NCBI GenBank assembly: GCA_963784735.1 | Contig: CAWASK010000010.1 | Location: 1,099-65,098, forward strand | Reading direction: 5' to 3' | DNA from: an uncultured delta proteobacterium | Lineage (GTDB): Bacteria; Desulfobacterota; Syntrophia; Syntrophales; UBA4778 | Length of the DNA stretch: 64,000 nucleotides | Part shown: positions 23,118-34,510 of the stretch, one piece after another | Numbering within the stretch: position 1 is the first letter of the stretch | Layout of the letters: each line of letters begins with the position of its first letter | Position numbers and translations under genes: made by a program | The notes under the pieces: generated by a model | Told to the model about the DNA's origin: nothing | Databases searched by the model: none | The model's input: the letters and a program-made list of their open reading frames with translations, nothing else

Positions 23118-25525
23118 TATTTTCTGCTTATCAACCCTGTAATCACTTTTACCGCTTCCACCCCGTCCTTGGCGTATGCGGCGCCCAGCGACTCCGCAAA
23201 CGAACGGGTCACCACCGCACCGCCCAGGATAAAATGCCCGGCGGTTTTGCGCTTGCGGGCGAGATCAATGACCTCTTTCATCCTGACCATGGTGGTAGTC
23301 ATCAGGGCGGACAGGCCGATGACGTCAGGCCTTTCCCTCTCCGCTGTTTCCAGGATCCTGTCGGCAGGGACATCCTTCCCGAGGTCGATTACCCTGAACC
23401 CATGGTTCCTGAGGAGCAGCGAAACTATGTTCTTCCCGATATCGTGTATATCTCCCTCGACGGTGGCTATCATCACGGCCCCTTTGTCTTCGAAGGCTGC
23501 CTTTTCCCTCAGGAGGGGCTCGAGGTGGTCCACCCCCGCTTTCATGGCCTCGGCTCCCGCAATGAGCTGGGGCAGGAAATATTCCCTCTTCTCGAACAGC
23601 TCTCCCACCCTGGTGACGGCCGGAATCATAGTGTCCTGGACCAGGGCAAACGGGTCTTCCCCGGCTGAAACAGCCTTGTCTATGAGGGTTTTGATTGAAT
23701 CCTTATCCCCCTCCAGGACGGCGCGACGGATGATCCCGGGGAGACTCCGACAGGGGGGCCGGCTTTTCCGGTGCCGGGTTTTTCCGAGAAATACGATATG
23801 TAAGCCTTCGCCCCGCTGTCCCTGCCGGCAAGCAGGTCCGAAGCGGCCTTCACATTCATCAATTCGGAATGTGACGGGTTGGCGATGGCCATCGTGAGGC
23901 CCTTGTCAACCGCCATGGCGAGAAAAGACGCATTTGTCCAGTTGCGCGCGGGAAGGCCGAAAGAGACATTCGAAAGCCCTATGATCGTCTTCACCCCGAA
24001 TTTACCGAGAGCACCAGCTGACCATTTCCAGGGTTTCGCCGGCGGCCTTCGGGTTGGAGGCGACGGTCATCACCAGCCCGTCCACGACGAAATCATCCTT
24101 GGTGAAACCCAACCGGGCTGCCCTGCGTAAACCGACTTGACTATTTCCTTGCGCCGCTGCGCCGTTTCGGGCACCTCGCCGTCCGTGAGCGGCAGCAGGA
24201 TGAACATGGCCCCGTATTTCGCGGCAATGGGCAGGAGCCTCTCGATCTTCTCCCTCTCGCCGGAAATCGAGTTGATCAGCATGCGCCCCGGGTACAGGCG
24301 CAGGGCCGCCTCGATCGCCTCCACCTTGGGGGAATCGACCGCCAGGGGCAGGTCGGTTATGCCCGACAGGAAAGCAATGGCCTTTTTCATGATCGCCGGC
24401 TCGTCTATGCCGTGGGTGCCCACGTTCACGTCCAGCAGCTCGGCCCCCTGCTTTTCCTGGTCCCTGGCCATTTCGCGGATGAGCGACATGTCGGTGAGGC
24501 CTTTTTCCAGGGCCTCGCTGAGAGCTTCTTGCCGGTCGGGTTGATCCGCTCGCCCACGATGGCCAGGGGCTTGTCCGTTCTCCAGGATTATCGGCTTTCC
24601 TTGCCGAACTCAGGGCGCTGATGGATTTCCTCGCGGGCGCAATCGGACGCGCGCCTTCGACCGACCGGGCAAGCTCGCGGATGATGTTCCGGCGTCGTCC
24701 CGCAGCACCCGCCTATAAGGCAGACGCCTTCAGCCGCGAACGACTTTCCCGAAGGAGGCGAATCGTGCCGGGTCCATGTCGAATACGGTCCTGTCCGCTC
24801 AAGCCGGGGAAGGCCCGCATTGGGCTTGGCGACGAGCGGGACCTTTGGCATACGGCCGCATGAGCCTGATGAGGGACAGCATCTCCTCCGGGCCGGAGGA
24901 GCAGTTGCAGCCCACGGCATCGGCCCCGAGGCTCTGGAGGGTGATCAGCGCCGACACCGGGTCGGTGCCGTTCAGGGTCCTCCCGTCCCGTTCGTAGGTC
25001 ATGGTGACGATCGTGAAGAGCCCGCAGGCTTCCTTGACGGCGATAAGGGCCGCCCGCGCCTCCTGGATGTCCATCATGGTCTCGATGACAAACAGGTCCA
25101 CGCCGCCTTCGAGAAGCCCCAGGGCCTGCTCCTTGAACGCGTTGACGGCATCCTCGAAACCGAGGTCGCCGAATGGCTCGACAAACTTGCCCGTCGGCCC
25201 GATATCTCCCGCGACGAGGCATCGCTTTCCCGCCGCCGACCTGGAAAGTTTCGGCCAGGCCGCGGTTTATCTCTTTAACGTTATCTGCCCCGTACTCGGC
25301 CAGCTTGAAGCGGTTGGCGCCGAATGTCGGTGTGTAAATGATGTCGCAGCCGGAGTCCCGGTAAGCGGACTGGACATGGATAACGGTTTCGGGGTTTTCC
25401 AGGCACCACAGTTCCGGCGACGCCCCGGCCGGCATCCCGCATTTCTGCAGTTCCGTTCCCGTCGCACCGTCAAGGATGAGAATATTATTTTTGAGTCTTC
25501 TTTTGATGCTGATTTTTGAAGCCAT
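23117..25525 (-). CDS. metH: Cobalamin-dependent methionine synthase (homocysteine, pterin, cap and B12 domains; no activation domain; many frameshifts)
   Basis: ILDGATGT, GCNC, IGGCCGTTP, LDVNVG, GLSNVSFGLP, TVEGDIHDIGKNIV and GLSALMTTT. Confidence 0.88.
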
Positions 25526-25538
25526 TTGAGTCCTCCAG

Positions 25539-26169
25539 CTATGGGGCGGATTTTTCAATTCCGTAGACGGCTGTAACCGATTTCTCCGGGATGAGAAAAC
25601 AGCTATCCGTAATCTGCACGCCGATCCTGCCCAACTCCAGTTCCCGGTAGAAATAATCTCTGGTTCTCCAGGGCGAAATCGGCGTAGCCCGCCGAAAACC
25701 GGCGGGAAGTGAGGCGCCTGCCCTCCCTGCGGAGCCCGTTTTCAAAATAAGCCGCTATCCAGTCAAGGGCGCAATCGGTCATTTCGCTTGCGACCGCGTC
25801 GAAGACAACCCCTTTCGAGAGGTCGCCCCTGCGCTGTTTTCCCTGATCGCCTCAATTATCTCCGGCCCGCCGGTCGCGCGCCAGCAGCAGCACTTCGGAA
25901 GAGCCTGCAAGGAGCGAAGCCAGTTTTTTGCTTTCCAGCGCTGCGCCGTTTGCGAGCACGACCCCGGAAGTTCCCTTCCGTTCGATCTCAACCCTCCTGG
26001 CCGCACCCTTCAGATGGACCAGGTCGAGGGCCTGCTGCATGTCTGATTCCACCCGGGCCAGCCTCTCCCGGGAAAGCTCGGTGGTCCCCTCCTTGAAGCC
26101 GAGGCGCCGGAAAATCCTCTCCCTGGGGAGCTGCAAACTTATATTTTCAAATAATGAAAGCGCCGGCAT
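25539..26169 (-). CDS. Stand-alone methionine synthase activation-domain-like protein (frameshifted)
   Basis: IFRRLG N-terminus and IGVQITDSCFLIPEKSVTAVYG C-terminus; directly upstream of the truncated metH. Confidence 0.7.
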
Positions 26170-26248
26170 CCTTGCTCCTGGAACCGTAGAGGCGAATTTT
26201 GGCGGCCACCATACGACAATTGCCGGCATATCGCCATGTCAAAAAACT

Positions 26249-27043
26249 TCAGTGCCGCGAAGGGGTGCGGCGCACGGGGCAGATCCGGGGGAGTCCCGTT
26301 CCCGGATAGCTGTCCACGTGAATCCTCGTCCTGTACACGGATTCAATATTTGCTGCGGTGATGACGTCCTGGGGCTTTCCGTCCGAGAATACTCTGCCCG
26401 CGTTGAGCAGGATGACCCGGTCGGAATACAGGGCCGCCAGGTTGATGTCATGGGTGACCGCAATCACGGTCAGCTTTTCCCTGTCGCGCAATTCGCTCAC
26501 CAGGTCAAATATGGCGATCTGGTGCCTGATGTCGAGGAACGCCGTTGGCTCGTCAAGCAGCATGACCCGGGGCTGCTGCGCCAGGGCCCGGGCGATGAGG
26601 GCCCTCTGCCTCTCGCCGCCGCTCAACGAACCGATGGGCCTTGAGGCAAGCTTGAGCACCCCCGTCATTTCCATCGCCCTGTCGGCCACTTCCATGTCTT
26701 TGCGGCCTTCGAAACCGAACACCGGCAGGTGAGGCGCCCTGCCCATCAGGACGATTTCCCTGACGCTGAACGGGAAGATGTCGGGGCTTTCCTGGGGAAC
26801 AACCGCTATGGCCTGTGCGATCTTCCTCCTCCCCAGCGATTCCAGTGCCGCCCCTTCCAATTCGATTTTCCCCGTTTCAGGCTTAATCACACCGTCCATC
26901 AGCCTGAGCAGGGTCGTCTTGCCGGAGCCGTTCGGCCCTATGACACCGACAAACTCGCCCTCATGGACCCGGATGGAAACGTCTTCCAGCACCCAGGCGT
27001 CCGCATAGCGGAAACAGACATTGTCAAGGCTGATGGCCGACAT
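26249..27043 (-). CDS. btuD: Cobalamin/iron-chelate ABC transporter ATPase
   Basis: GPNGSGKTT, LSGGERQR and LLDEPT; located in a B12-riboswitch operon. Confidence 0.85.
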   Translation of the reverse strand: MSAISLDNVCFRYADAWVLEDVSIRVHEGEFVGVIGPNGSGKTTLLRLMDGVIKPETGKIELEGAALESLGRRKIAQAIAVVPQESPDIFPFSVREIVLMGRAPHLPVFGFEGRKDMEVADRAMEMTGVLKLASRPIGSLSGGERQRALIARALAQQPRVMLLDEPTAFLDIRHQIAIFDLVSELRDREKLTVIAVTHDINLAALYSDRVILLNAGRVFSDGKPQDVITAANIESVYRTRIHVDSYPGTGLPRICPVRRTPSRH

Positions 27044-27046
27044 TTC

Positions 27047-28057
27047 TCAGAAAGACCTCCGCCTGAGGAGATAGATAAAATAGGGAGCCCCGCAAAGGGC
27101 GGTTATGACCCCGACCGGAAGCTCCGCGGGTGCCATTGCCGTCCTGGCCACGGTGTCGGCGATCAGCATGAAGGATGCGCCGAAAAAACACGAGGCCGGC
27201 AAAAGCAGCCGGTGGTCGGAGCCGAACACCATTCTCATCATGTGAGGGATTATCAGGCCCACGAAACCGATTATCCCGCTTACTGAAACTGCTGCCGCGG
27301 TGATCAGGGAAGCGGCCGCGAGAAGGACCTTCTTTGTCTTGTCCACCGGGACGCCGAGGTGCCGGGCCGTCTCTTCGCCCGTCACGATCAGGTTCAGGGA
27401 CTTCGAAAAGTAATATACAAGCGCAAAGGCGCATGCCAGGATGGCGCCGCTTACCCAGAGCTGCTCCTCCCTGGCGGTGCTGAGGTCGCCCATCATCCAG
27501 AACATTATTGATTGAAGGTTGTTGCCGGAGCTCGTCGAAACGAGGAACATGATCAGCGCCGAAAAGAACGCGTTGACGATGACCCCGGCGAGCAAAAGCG
27601 TGTTCGACCCGGGATCTTTCGATTTTCCGGCTATACCGAAGACGAGGAATATCGTCAGGATGGCCCCCAGGAAGGAAAGGCCGGGGATTCCCCAGGAGCC
27701 AAACAGCGGCCCCAGAATGATGCCCACTATCCCGCCGAGCGCCGAACCGCCGGAAATGCCCAGTATGTAAGGGTCGGCGAGCGGATTTCGCAGCAGCGCC
27801 TGAAAGACCACGCCGGCGACCGCGAGCGACGCTCCGACAATCCCGGCAAATATTATGCGCGGCAGCCTGATGGAGAAGAGTATGGCCCGGTCTGTCTCCG
27901 AAAGGCTTAATCCGGATGACAAATTGCCCAGCAGGCCGATTATGTCGATGCGGGCAGCGCCCACCCCGAGAGAGACCGCTCCGAGGGCGAGGAACGCCGC
28001 GGCGAGCAGCGAACTGACCCGGATGACACGGGCCGGCGTTGTGAAATTATAATTCAT
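27047..28057 (-). CDS. btuC: FecCD/BtuC-family permease
   Basis: IRLPR, LRNPLADPYILGISGG, GFVGLIIPH and ELPVGVITA. Confidence 0.88.
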   Translation of the reverse strand: MNYNFTTPARVIRVSSLLAAAFLALGAVSLGVGAARIDIIGLLGNLSSGLSLSETDRAILFSIRLPRIIFAGIVGASLAVAGVVFQALLRNPLADPYILGISGGSALGGIVGIILGPLFGSWGIPGLSFLGAILTIFLVFGIAGKSKDPGSNTLLLAGVIVNAFFSALIMFLVSTSSGNNLQSIMFWMMGDLSTAREEQLWVSGAILACAFALVYYFSKSLNLIVTGEETARHLGVPVDKTKKVLLAAASLITAAAVSVSGIIGFVGLIIPHMMRMVFGSDHRLLLPASCFFGASFMLIADTVARTAMAPAELPVGVITALCGAPYFIYLLRRRSF

Positions 28058-28096
28058 TGCAACTCTCCGGCACTGCTTTGTTCAGTCCTCACACCT

Positions 28097-30167
28097 TTAA
28101 AATTCGGCCTTCAGCCCCGCCATGAAGTTGGCGGTGGGCGAAGGGTAATAGCCCCGTTCAGTTACAAATGTTGTCTGGTTAAAGACAATACCCCCGTATT
28201 CCGAATACTTCTTATCCGTTATGTTGTTTACGTTCAGATAAGCCGTGAGGTTCCGCCATTTGTACTGGAGTTTGGCATCGATGAAGTAATAGCTCTCCTG
28301 GTCGGGGAAGGCATTGGCAAAATCGGATATGAAGGGCCTGCTCCCCACGTAGGTACCGGACACGCCCAGGGTGAGCGCCTTGGTGATGGTAAAGTTCGCG
28401 CCCGCCGAGTACTTCTTTTCCGGCACCCCCGGGATCCACTTGCCGTCAAACTGCCCGCCGTCTATCTTTGCACGGGTGTACGTGAAATTGGCGTAGAGGG
28501 TCAGCCACTCCCTGGCCTTCCAGTCGGCAAAGAGTTCGATGCCTTCCCTGTCCGTGTCGTCGTCGAGGTTCATGTTTGTGTAAGTGTACGGGTTAAAGAA
28601 TATCTCATCGCTCGTCTTCACATAGAACAGGTTCACGCCGGCCTGCACGTTTCCCGGGAACCTGTGCCTGGCGCCCAGTTCGTACCCGTAAGAGACCTGG
28701 GGGTCTATATCCGAAACCGTGTTGGTGAAGAAGCTGAACAGCTCATCGAGCACCGGGTAGCGGAAACTCCTCGCAAAACTGAAATAGACCTGCGAAGTGT
28801 CGCGAATATTGTAGTTGACCCCTGCCGACCAGGCGTGTTCTTTCTTGATCACCTCGCCGCCCGGCCCGGGATTGAAGCTGTATTCGGCGCGCTGCTGCCT
28901 GTAGCCGCCGGACAGGGTCAGGCCTTTTAAAATTTCTATCTCGTCAAATATGTAGTAGCCGTAGTCAATTCTGCTCAAAGCATAGTTCGCCGTGCTGGCT
29001 GTCCCGAAAAAAAGGGAAGTGTTTTCGATGTCCTCGCTCGAATTGGCGTAATCAAAGCCGATTGTCAGCTTGTTGCCGAAACCGCCGATTTTTTCCATGA
29101 AGACGAATTGGGGGGTCAGGATGAAATTGGTCAGGTTGGTGTCGCCCGTGAAATTCCCCCCTACAAAGGAAGCAAACGACGAAAAGTCCCTGATTCGGAC
29201 AGAGGCGTCAAAATTGAAATAGTTGTCCCCCCAGAGGTATTTCTGCAGCCCGCCCTTCACGTAGCGGTCTTCCGTCTTGGCGAAATCGTTGGGGTAAATC
29301 GAGTCTTTGCGCGATATGCCGGCCCTCAGGTCGCTTTCTTTCAGCGCCCCTGGCAGGCCGTCGTTTTCCTTGTGATATCCCGAACTGAAACTAAGGATCG
29401 TCGTTTCGGTGGGATAGAACTTCATGTTGGCCCCCAGGTCTGAAGCCTCGACATCGCTGTTGAGCCTGTACCCGTTCGAGTTCAGATAGCTCGAATTCAA
29501 AGCGTAAGAGAGGCCATCCGCTTTTCCCTCGGCGAAGGCGCTTCCCGTATAGGTTTTGTAACTGCCGGCAGCGGCATCGAATCCCGCCCTATTGCGCCCT
29601 CCGTCTTTCGTTATGATATTTATTGCCCCCCCGGTCGCATTGTCTCCATACAGGACGGCCCCCCTGCCTCCCCTGAGGATTTCAATCCTCTTCACCCGGT
29701 CGAGAGGGATCTGGGTCCAGTCCGTGCCGCTCAGGTCTGCCTGGGTTACACGCCTGCCGTCCACGAGGACGACCGAGTTCAGGGCGGCGGTCTCGCCGAA
29801 CCCCCTGAGGTCCACGGTATATTTCCTCCTGTTGCCGGTATCCGACACCTGGATGCCGGGCAGGGCCCTCAAAAGTTCAGGTACGTTAACAGCCGTTGAG
29901 TTCCTGATGTCCTGTTCGCTGATGACCGAAACGTTGGCGGGTACTCGGCTCACTTCTTCCGCGTAACGGGAAGCCGTGACGACCACCTCTTCCATCCTGG
30001 CGGGCTTTTCAGGATTAGAACCCGATTGCCGGGCGGCCCCTTCCGGGGGCTGCTGGGCCGCAAGAGGGCCCGGACAGACGAAACAGCAGACGGATAATTA
30101 AGACAGCGAAATGCCTGAAGACAGAAAAACGGATTGAACGCGTGAAAAAAAGAGGACGAAATCCCAT
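28097..30167 (-). CDS. btuB: TonB-dependent receptor, BtuB-like (frameshift in the N-terminal region)
   Basis: TonB box EEVVVTASR, plug motifs (RIEILRG..LYG..GGAINIITK), C-terminal F, GGAGG RBS; downstream of the B12 riboswitch. Confidence 0.87.
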
Positions 30168-30189
30168 ACGTACACCTCCCGCGAGATTC

Positions 30190-30345
30190 AGATGGAAAAG
30201 TCTTCCGGCTCGGGACCTCCTACTAGCCCGCCTTCCCATCCGGGTCTTATCCTGGACAGTGGCATTTTCGGGTCTTCGTTTCCCTTACGGCTGCGGGGCA
30301 GCGGGGGCTTTTAACCCCCTTCCTTTTATCCACCCGTTGTATTTG
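30190..30345 (-). ncRNA. Cobalamin riboswitch
   Basis: Minus strand has AAAAGGAAGGGGTTAAAAGCCCCCGCTGCCCCGCAGCCGTAA...GCCACTG...GGGAAGG...GAGCCGGAAGAC, the conserved B12-element boxes in order. Confidence 0.9.
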
Positions 30346-30396
30346 AGATATTTCAAAACAGAAAACGCCGCTTTTGTCAAGCACTCAACCAGGCGG

Positions 30397-31236
30397 CTAT
30401 TTCCCGAAGAGTATTGTGGAGAGCTCATCGATGCCCTCGATGACGCGGGGGGAGAGCCTGAACAGGGCGTCCGAGGTGTAGTAGACCCGCCCGTTCCTGA
30501 CCGCCGGGAGCATTTTCAATTTCGACAGGAGTTCCCGAGAGTCCTCGCGCATTCTCCTGTGCCCCATGCCGATGAGGATCACGTCGGGCGACTGTCTTAT
30601 GAGTTCCTCGACTGAATATTTAACGTACTTCTTTCCGGCGGCAGCGGCGATATTGGTCCACCCGAGTATTTCCAGCGCGTCCTGGATGGCGTTGCCGTCC
30701 GCCGCGACTATGAGCGGGTCAGGCTGGACGATGAAAACCGCTTTCCCGGTCCCTTTCCCCGCCGAGCCCGTTTTCAATCTGGCGATGGTCTTTTCGATTT
30801 TTCCCGCGAGCCTGTCAGATTTCGCTTTCGTCCCAAGCACTGCGCCCATTTTCCTTATCTCACCCGGGAGGTCGGCGATCTTCCTCGCCTGGAAAACGTA
30901 TGTGCTGATGCCCAGCTTCAGGAGACGGTCATTTATCCACTTCGGGTTGCCGTCCGTCGTCATCAGGACCATGTCGGGCTTCAGGGAAACGATCATCTCG
31001 AGCGAAGGGTTGGAAAGGCCCCCCACCTTCGGCTTGAGTTTTGCCTGTTCCGGGTAATCGCAGTAATCCGATACGGCAACCACCCTGTTGCCCAGCCCCG
31101 TCGCATAGAGGATTTCTGTCATACTGGGCGCCAGCGATATGATCCTCTGGGGAGGGGCGCACAGGCCCGGCAAGGGAAGAGCCGTGACCAGCATGGCGGC
31201 CGAGAAGAGCATTACAAGCATCAGATTTTTCTTCAT
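30397..31236 (-). CDS. btuF: Periplasmic cobalamin-binding protein
   Basis: QRIISLAPSMTEILYA, VSDYCDYP, PSLEMIVSLKPD and LPAVRNGRVY. Confidence 0.88.
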   Translation of the reverse strand: MKKNLMLVMLFSAAMLVTALPLPGLCAPPQRIISLAPSMTEILYATGLGNRVVAVSDYCDYPEQAKLKPKVGGLSNPSLEMIVSLKPDMVLMTTDGNPKWINDRLLKLGISTYVFQARKIADLPGEIRKMGAVLGTKAKSDRLAGKIEKTIARLKTGSAGKGTGKAVFIVQPDPLIVAADGNAIQDALEILGWTNIAAAAGKKYVKYSVEELIRQSPDVILIGMGHRRMREDSRELLSKLKMLPAVRNGRVYYTSDALFRLSPRVIEGIDELSTILFGK

Positions 31237-31398
31237 TTCAATTCATCCCTGGAGACTGGAGTCTATATATCATGAGGGACCTTTTGTAAAATAGTTCAAC
31301 CCCGGCTTGATCCTGCAGACGCATTCAATAGATAATCGCTTGGAGTTATCCGGCACCAGTGATATAAATTTCCCACTTGATATACGGGAGGTCCGAAG

Positions 31399-32217
31399 AT
31401 GAAGAAAAAGCTGGTTTCCATGTCTGCCGCTGTCGGCATGGTTAGAGACGGCCAGATGCTTGGGGTAGGGGGCAATTCCCTGCACCGCTCGCCGGCCGCG
31501 TTCTGCCACGAACTGGCCGCCTCGGGCCGCGGCGCCTTGACGCTGGTGGGCGCAGCCCCGGGATACGCTTCGGATGTCCTGTGCGCTGCCGGGTGCGTGG
31601 ACAGGGTATACTTCGGCTTTTTCGGCTTTGAGAACGAATTCGGGCTCGCCCCGGGGTTCCGCAAGGGCTGCCAGGAAGGGAGGATCAAGGCCGTCGAAGG
31701 CTCCTGAACTGCCATAATAGCCGCCCTTCGTGCAGGGGCGTACGGGATACCTTTCATGCCGGTGGGAGGGATGTGGGGAAGCGGCCTGCTGGAGATCAAC
31801 CCGGATTTCTTCCAGGTGATGACTTCGCCCTTCAACGGCGAGAAGGCCGTTGCGGTCAGGGCGCTCGCGCCGGATTGGGCCGTCATCCACGTCCAGGAGG
31901 CGGACGAATTCGGCAACGCGCGCATCATCGGGTCCCAGTTCCAGGACCCCCTGCTTGCCAGGGCGGCCAGGAAAACAATTATCACAGCGGAAAAAATAGT
32001 TGGGACGGAAAAGTTCCGTGAGAGCCCGGAACACAATACAATTCCCCACTTCCTGGTCGAAGCTGTGGTCGAGGCCCCGAATGGGGCCCGGCCGGGCATA
32101 TGCTACGGCCTGTACGAATCGGTCGACGCAAAAGCCATGCGGGATTACGCAAATTCCATCCGGGACGGCGCTTTGCAGGGATACCTCGCCCGGGCAAGGG
32201 AAGGGAGGACACAATGA
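31399..32217 (+). CDS. CoA-transferase-fold alpha subunit (GctA/IpdA-like) with an in-frame UGA at codon 103, candidate selenoprotein
   Basis: ORFs 31399-31707 and 31756-32217 are in the same frame. Read-through gives KAVEGS-U-TAIIAALRAGAYGIPFMP, then PDWAVIHVQEADEFGNA. Confidence 0.85.
31722..31740 (+). promoter_or_regulatory. Candidate bacterial SECIS hairpin
   Basis: 7-bp stem CGCCCUU/AGGGGCG with loop CGUGC starting 21 nt after the UGA; G followed by U near the 5' side of the loop. Confidence 0.65.
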
Positions 32218-32942
32218 ATTACGGACCCGCGGAAATGATGTGCGTGGCGCTCGCCAGGGAAATAAGGGAAGGCGACACCGTGTTTCATGGCCTCGCTTCG
32301 CCCGTGCCCATGACCGCGATGAAACTCGCCAAGGCGCTCGGGAGGGAATTCACATACGTGAACATAACCGGCGGGGTTGACCCGCAATGGGAAAAGCCGG
32401 CCGTGACCGGATCTACCCTCTCGCCCGACCTGCACCGGGGGGCGGTGGCGAGCTACGGCCTGGACGAGATCTTTGACCTGGCCTGCTCGGGTAAAATAGA
32501 CATCGCCTTCCTCAGCTTTGTCCAGATGAGCCGGCGGGGTGAGATAAACATGTCGTTCGTGGGGGGCACTTATGACAGGCCGAAAGTGAGGCTTCCCGGG
32601 GGTGCCGGCAGCGCCACCCTGACGCCGGTCACGAAAAGGACCACGATCTGGAAGACGAAACACGACCGGAACTCCCTGGTGGAGAGGGTTTCTTTCGTGA
32701 CAGCCGCCCCCGACCCGGCAAAAGAGCTCACCGTTGTGACCAATCTGTGCATATTCAGGCTGAGGAATGGACTGCTGGAACCCGAATGCATATTCCCGTA
32801 TGCGACCATTGACGAGGTGAAAGAGAACACCGGCTGGGAGATACCTGACGATAACGTGCCTGTCTGCCCTCCGCCTACGCAGGAGGAGATCTCGGCATTG
32901 GAAAAAGTCGACCCCAACCGGATACGGTACATAGAGTTTTAG
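32214..32942 (+). CDS. CoA-transferase-fold beta subunit (GctB/IpdB-like)
   Basis: ATGA overlap with the alpha gene; AREIREGDTVFHG, FLSFVQMSRRGEIN, RLPGGAGS and VKENTGW. Confidence 0.88.
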   Translation: MNYGPAEMMCVALAREIREGDTVFHGLASPVPMTAMKLAKALGREFTYVNITGGVDPQWEKPAVTGSTLSPDLHRGAVASYGLDEIFDLACSGKIDIAFLSFVQMSRRGEINMSFVGGTYDRPKVRLPGGAGSATLTPVTKRTTIWKTKHDRNSLVERVSFVTAAPDPAKELTVVTNLCIFRLRNGLLEPECIFPYATIDEVKENTGWEIPDDNVPVCPPPTQEEISALEKVDPNRIRYIEF

Positions 32943-33130
32943 GAGAGGCGCTGCCCGAAAATCTGTAAAGCCCGCCAAAAATTCGCCCTCGAAAGCCCCA
33001 TCAGACCTGCTTTTTATGGGCAAAACCCACGAAACCCAAATCGGGCAAGGATTTTCTAAAAAAGAGTAGCAAAAATTACGTATTTGTAATAAACGGACAT
33101 GATCAATACTGAACAAACGGATAATAAAAG

Positions 33131-34435
33131 ATGAGATTCGACATTGCAAAACGCGGCAACGGCATGACCTACGAGATCCGCAATATCGTGGGCGTGGCCG
33201 ACAAATTAAAGGAATACGGAGTTGAAATACTCTGGGAGAATATCGGTGACCCAATTCAAAAAGGTGAAAAAATACCGGAATGGATGAAAGAGGAACTAAC
33301 CAAGCTTCTCCAGATGGACAGCTGTTACGGCTATTCGCCAACCAAGGGGATGGACGAGACAAGGGAATTCCTTGCCGGCAAAGTCAACGAGAGGGGAAAG
33401 ACCCAGATCACCAAAGAAGATATTATCTTCTTCAACGGCCTTGGCGACGCTATCGCCAGATCATACAGCGCAATCAGGCTTGACGCCAGGATAATCCTGC
33501 CGGAGCCCACTTATTCCACGCACTTCCTTGCCGAGGTGCTCCATGCGTCGTTCCCGCCGAACACTTACCGGATGAACCCTTATAACAACTGGCATCCGGA
33601 CATGCGGGAACTCGAGCAGAAGGTTAAAAGCCACCGGGCCATCGTGGGGATCCTCGTGATCAACCCGGACAACCCCACCGGTTTCGTCTACCCTCAGGAG
33701 ACTTTGAAGAGGATCGTTAAAATAGCCAAGGAAAATGACCTGTTCCTTGTCTTCGACGAGACCTATATCAATATGGTCTACAACGGCCAGAAGACCGTCC
33801 CGCTTTCGGACATAATCGAGGATGTCCCGGGGATAAGCATGAAAGGCATCTCGAAGGAATTCCCCTGGCCGGGCGCCCGGTGCGGTTGGATGGAGATTTA
33901 CAATTCAGAAAGGGACCCGAGCTTCTGCCGGTACATAAATGCGATCCTCAACCAGAAGATGTCCGAGGTCTGCTCCACGACCCTGCCCCAGATGTCCATT
34001 CCGGTACTCATGCAGCACCCGGAATATGATAATTACCTCAAGGAGCGAATCCTCAAGTACGAGAGGCTTTCCAATATCGCTTATGACATTTTCAAGGATG
34101 TGCCCTACATCGCGGTCAACCGGACAAACGGGGCCTTCTATATGTCTGTCGTCTTCAATGAGGCCGTTTTGAACGGCAGGCAGACGCTTCCCATAAAGCA
34201 GGAAGGCGTCAAGTCCTATATAGAGGGGATCCTCAACGACAAAATGGAGCACGACAAGCGCTTCGTCTATTATCTGCTTGCGGCTACCGGGATCTGCGTC
34301 GTCCCGCTGACCTCTTTCTTCACGCCCCTCCCGGGGTTCCGTCTCACACTCCTGGAGAAGGACGAGGAGAAATTTGAGGCGACCATAAGGAAGATCGCGG
34401 AAAAGATAGTTGAATATATAGATTCTGCAAGGTAG
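33131..34435 (+). CDS. PLP-dependent aminotransferase class I/II
   Basis: YEIRNIV, ENIGDP, INPDNPTG, DETY, SK..WPGARCGW and GAFY. Confidence 0.9.
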   Translation: MRFDIAKRGNGMTYEIRNIVGVADKLKEYGVEILWENIGDPIQKGEKIPEWMKEELTKLLQMDSCYGYSPTKGMDETREFLAGKVNERGKTQITKEDIIFFNGLGDAIARSYSAIRLDARIILPEPTYSTHFLAEVLHASFPPNTYRMNPYNNWHPDMRELEQKVKSHRAIVGILVINPDNPTGFVYPQETLKRIVKIAKENDLFLVFDETYINMVYNGQKTVPLSDIIEDVPGISMKGISKEFPWPGARCGWMEIYNSERDPSFCRYINAILNQKMSEVCSTTLPQMSIPVLMQHPEYDNYLKERILKYERLSNIAYDIFKDVPYIAVNRTNGAFYMSVVFNEAVLNGRQTLPIKQEGVKSYIEGILNDKMEHDKRFVYYLLAATGICVVPLTSFFTPLPGFRLTLLEKDEEKFEATIRKIAEKIVEYIDSAR

Positions 34436-34451
34436 TTTTGGAAATAAAATG

Positions 34452-34483
34452 AAGCCCCGGCAACCCCGCCGGGGCTTTTTTTA
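34452..34483. terminator. Intrinsic terminator
   Basis: AAGCCCCGGC-AACCCC-GCCGGGGCTT followed by a T run. Confidence 0.75.
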
Positions 34484-34510
34484 TGAAAGCTGCCCAGCCT
34501 TTCAGCAGCG

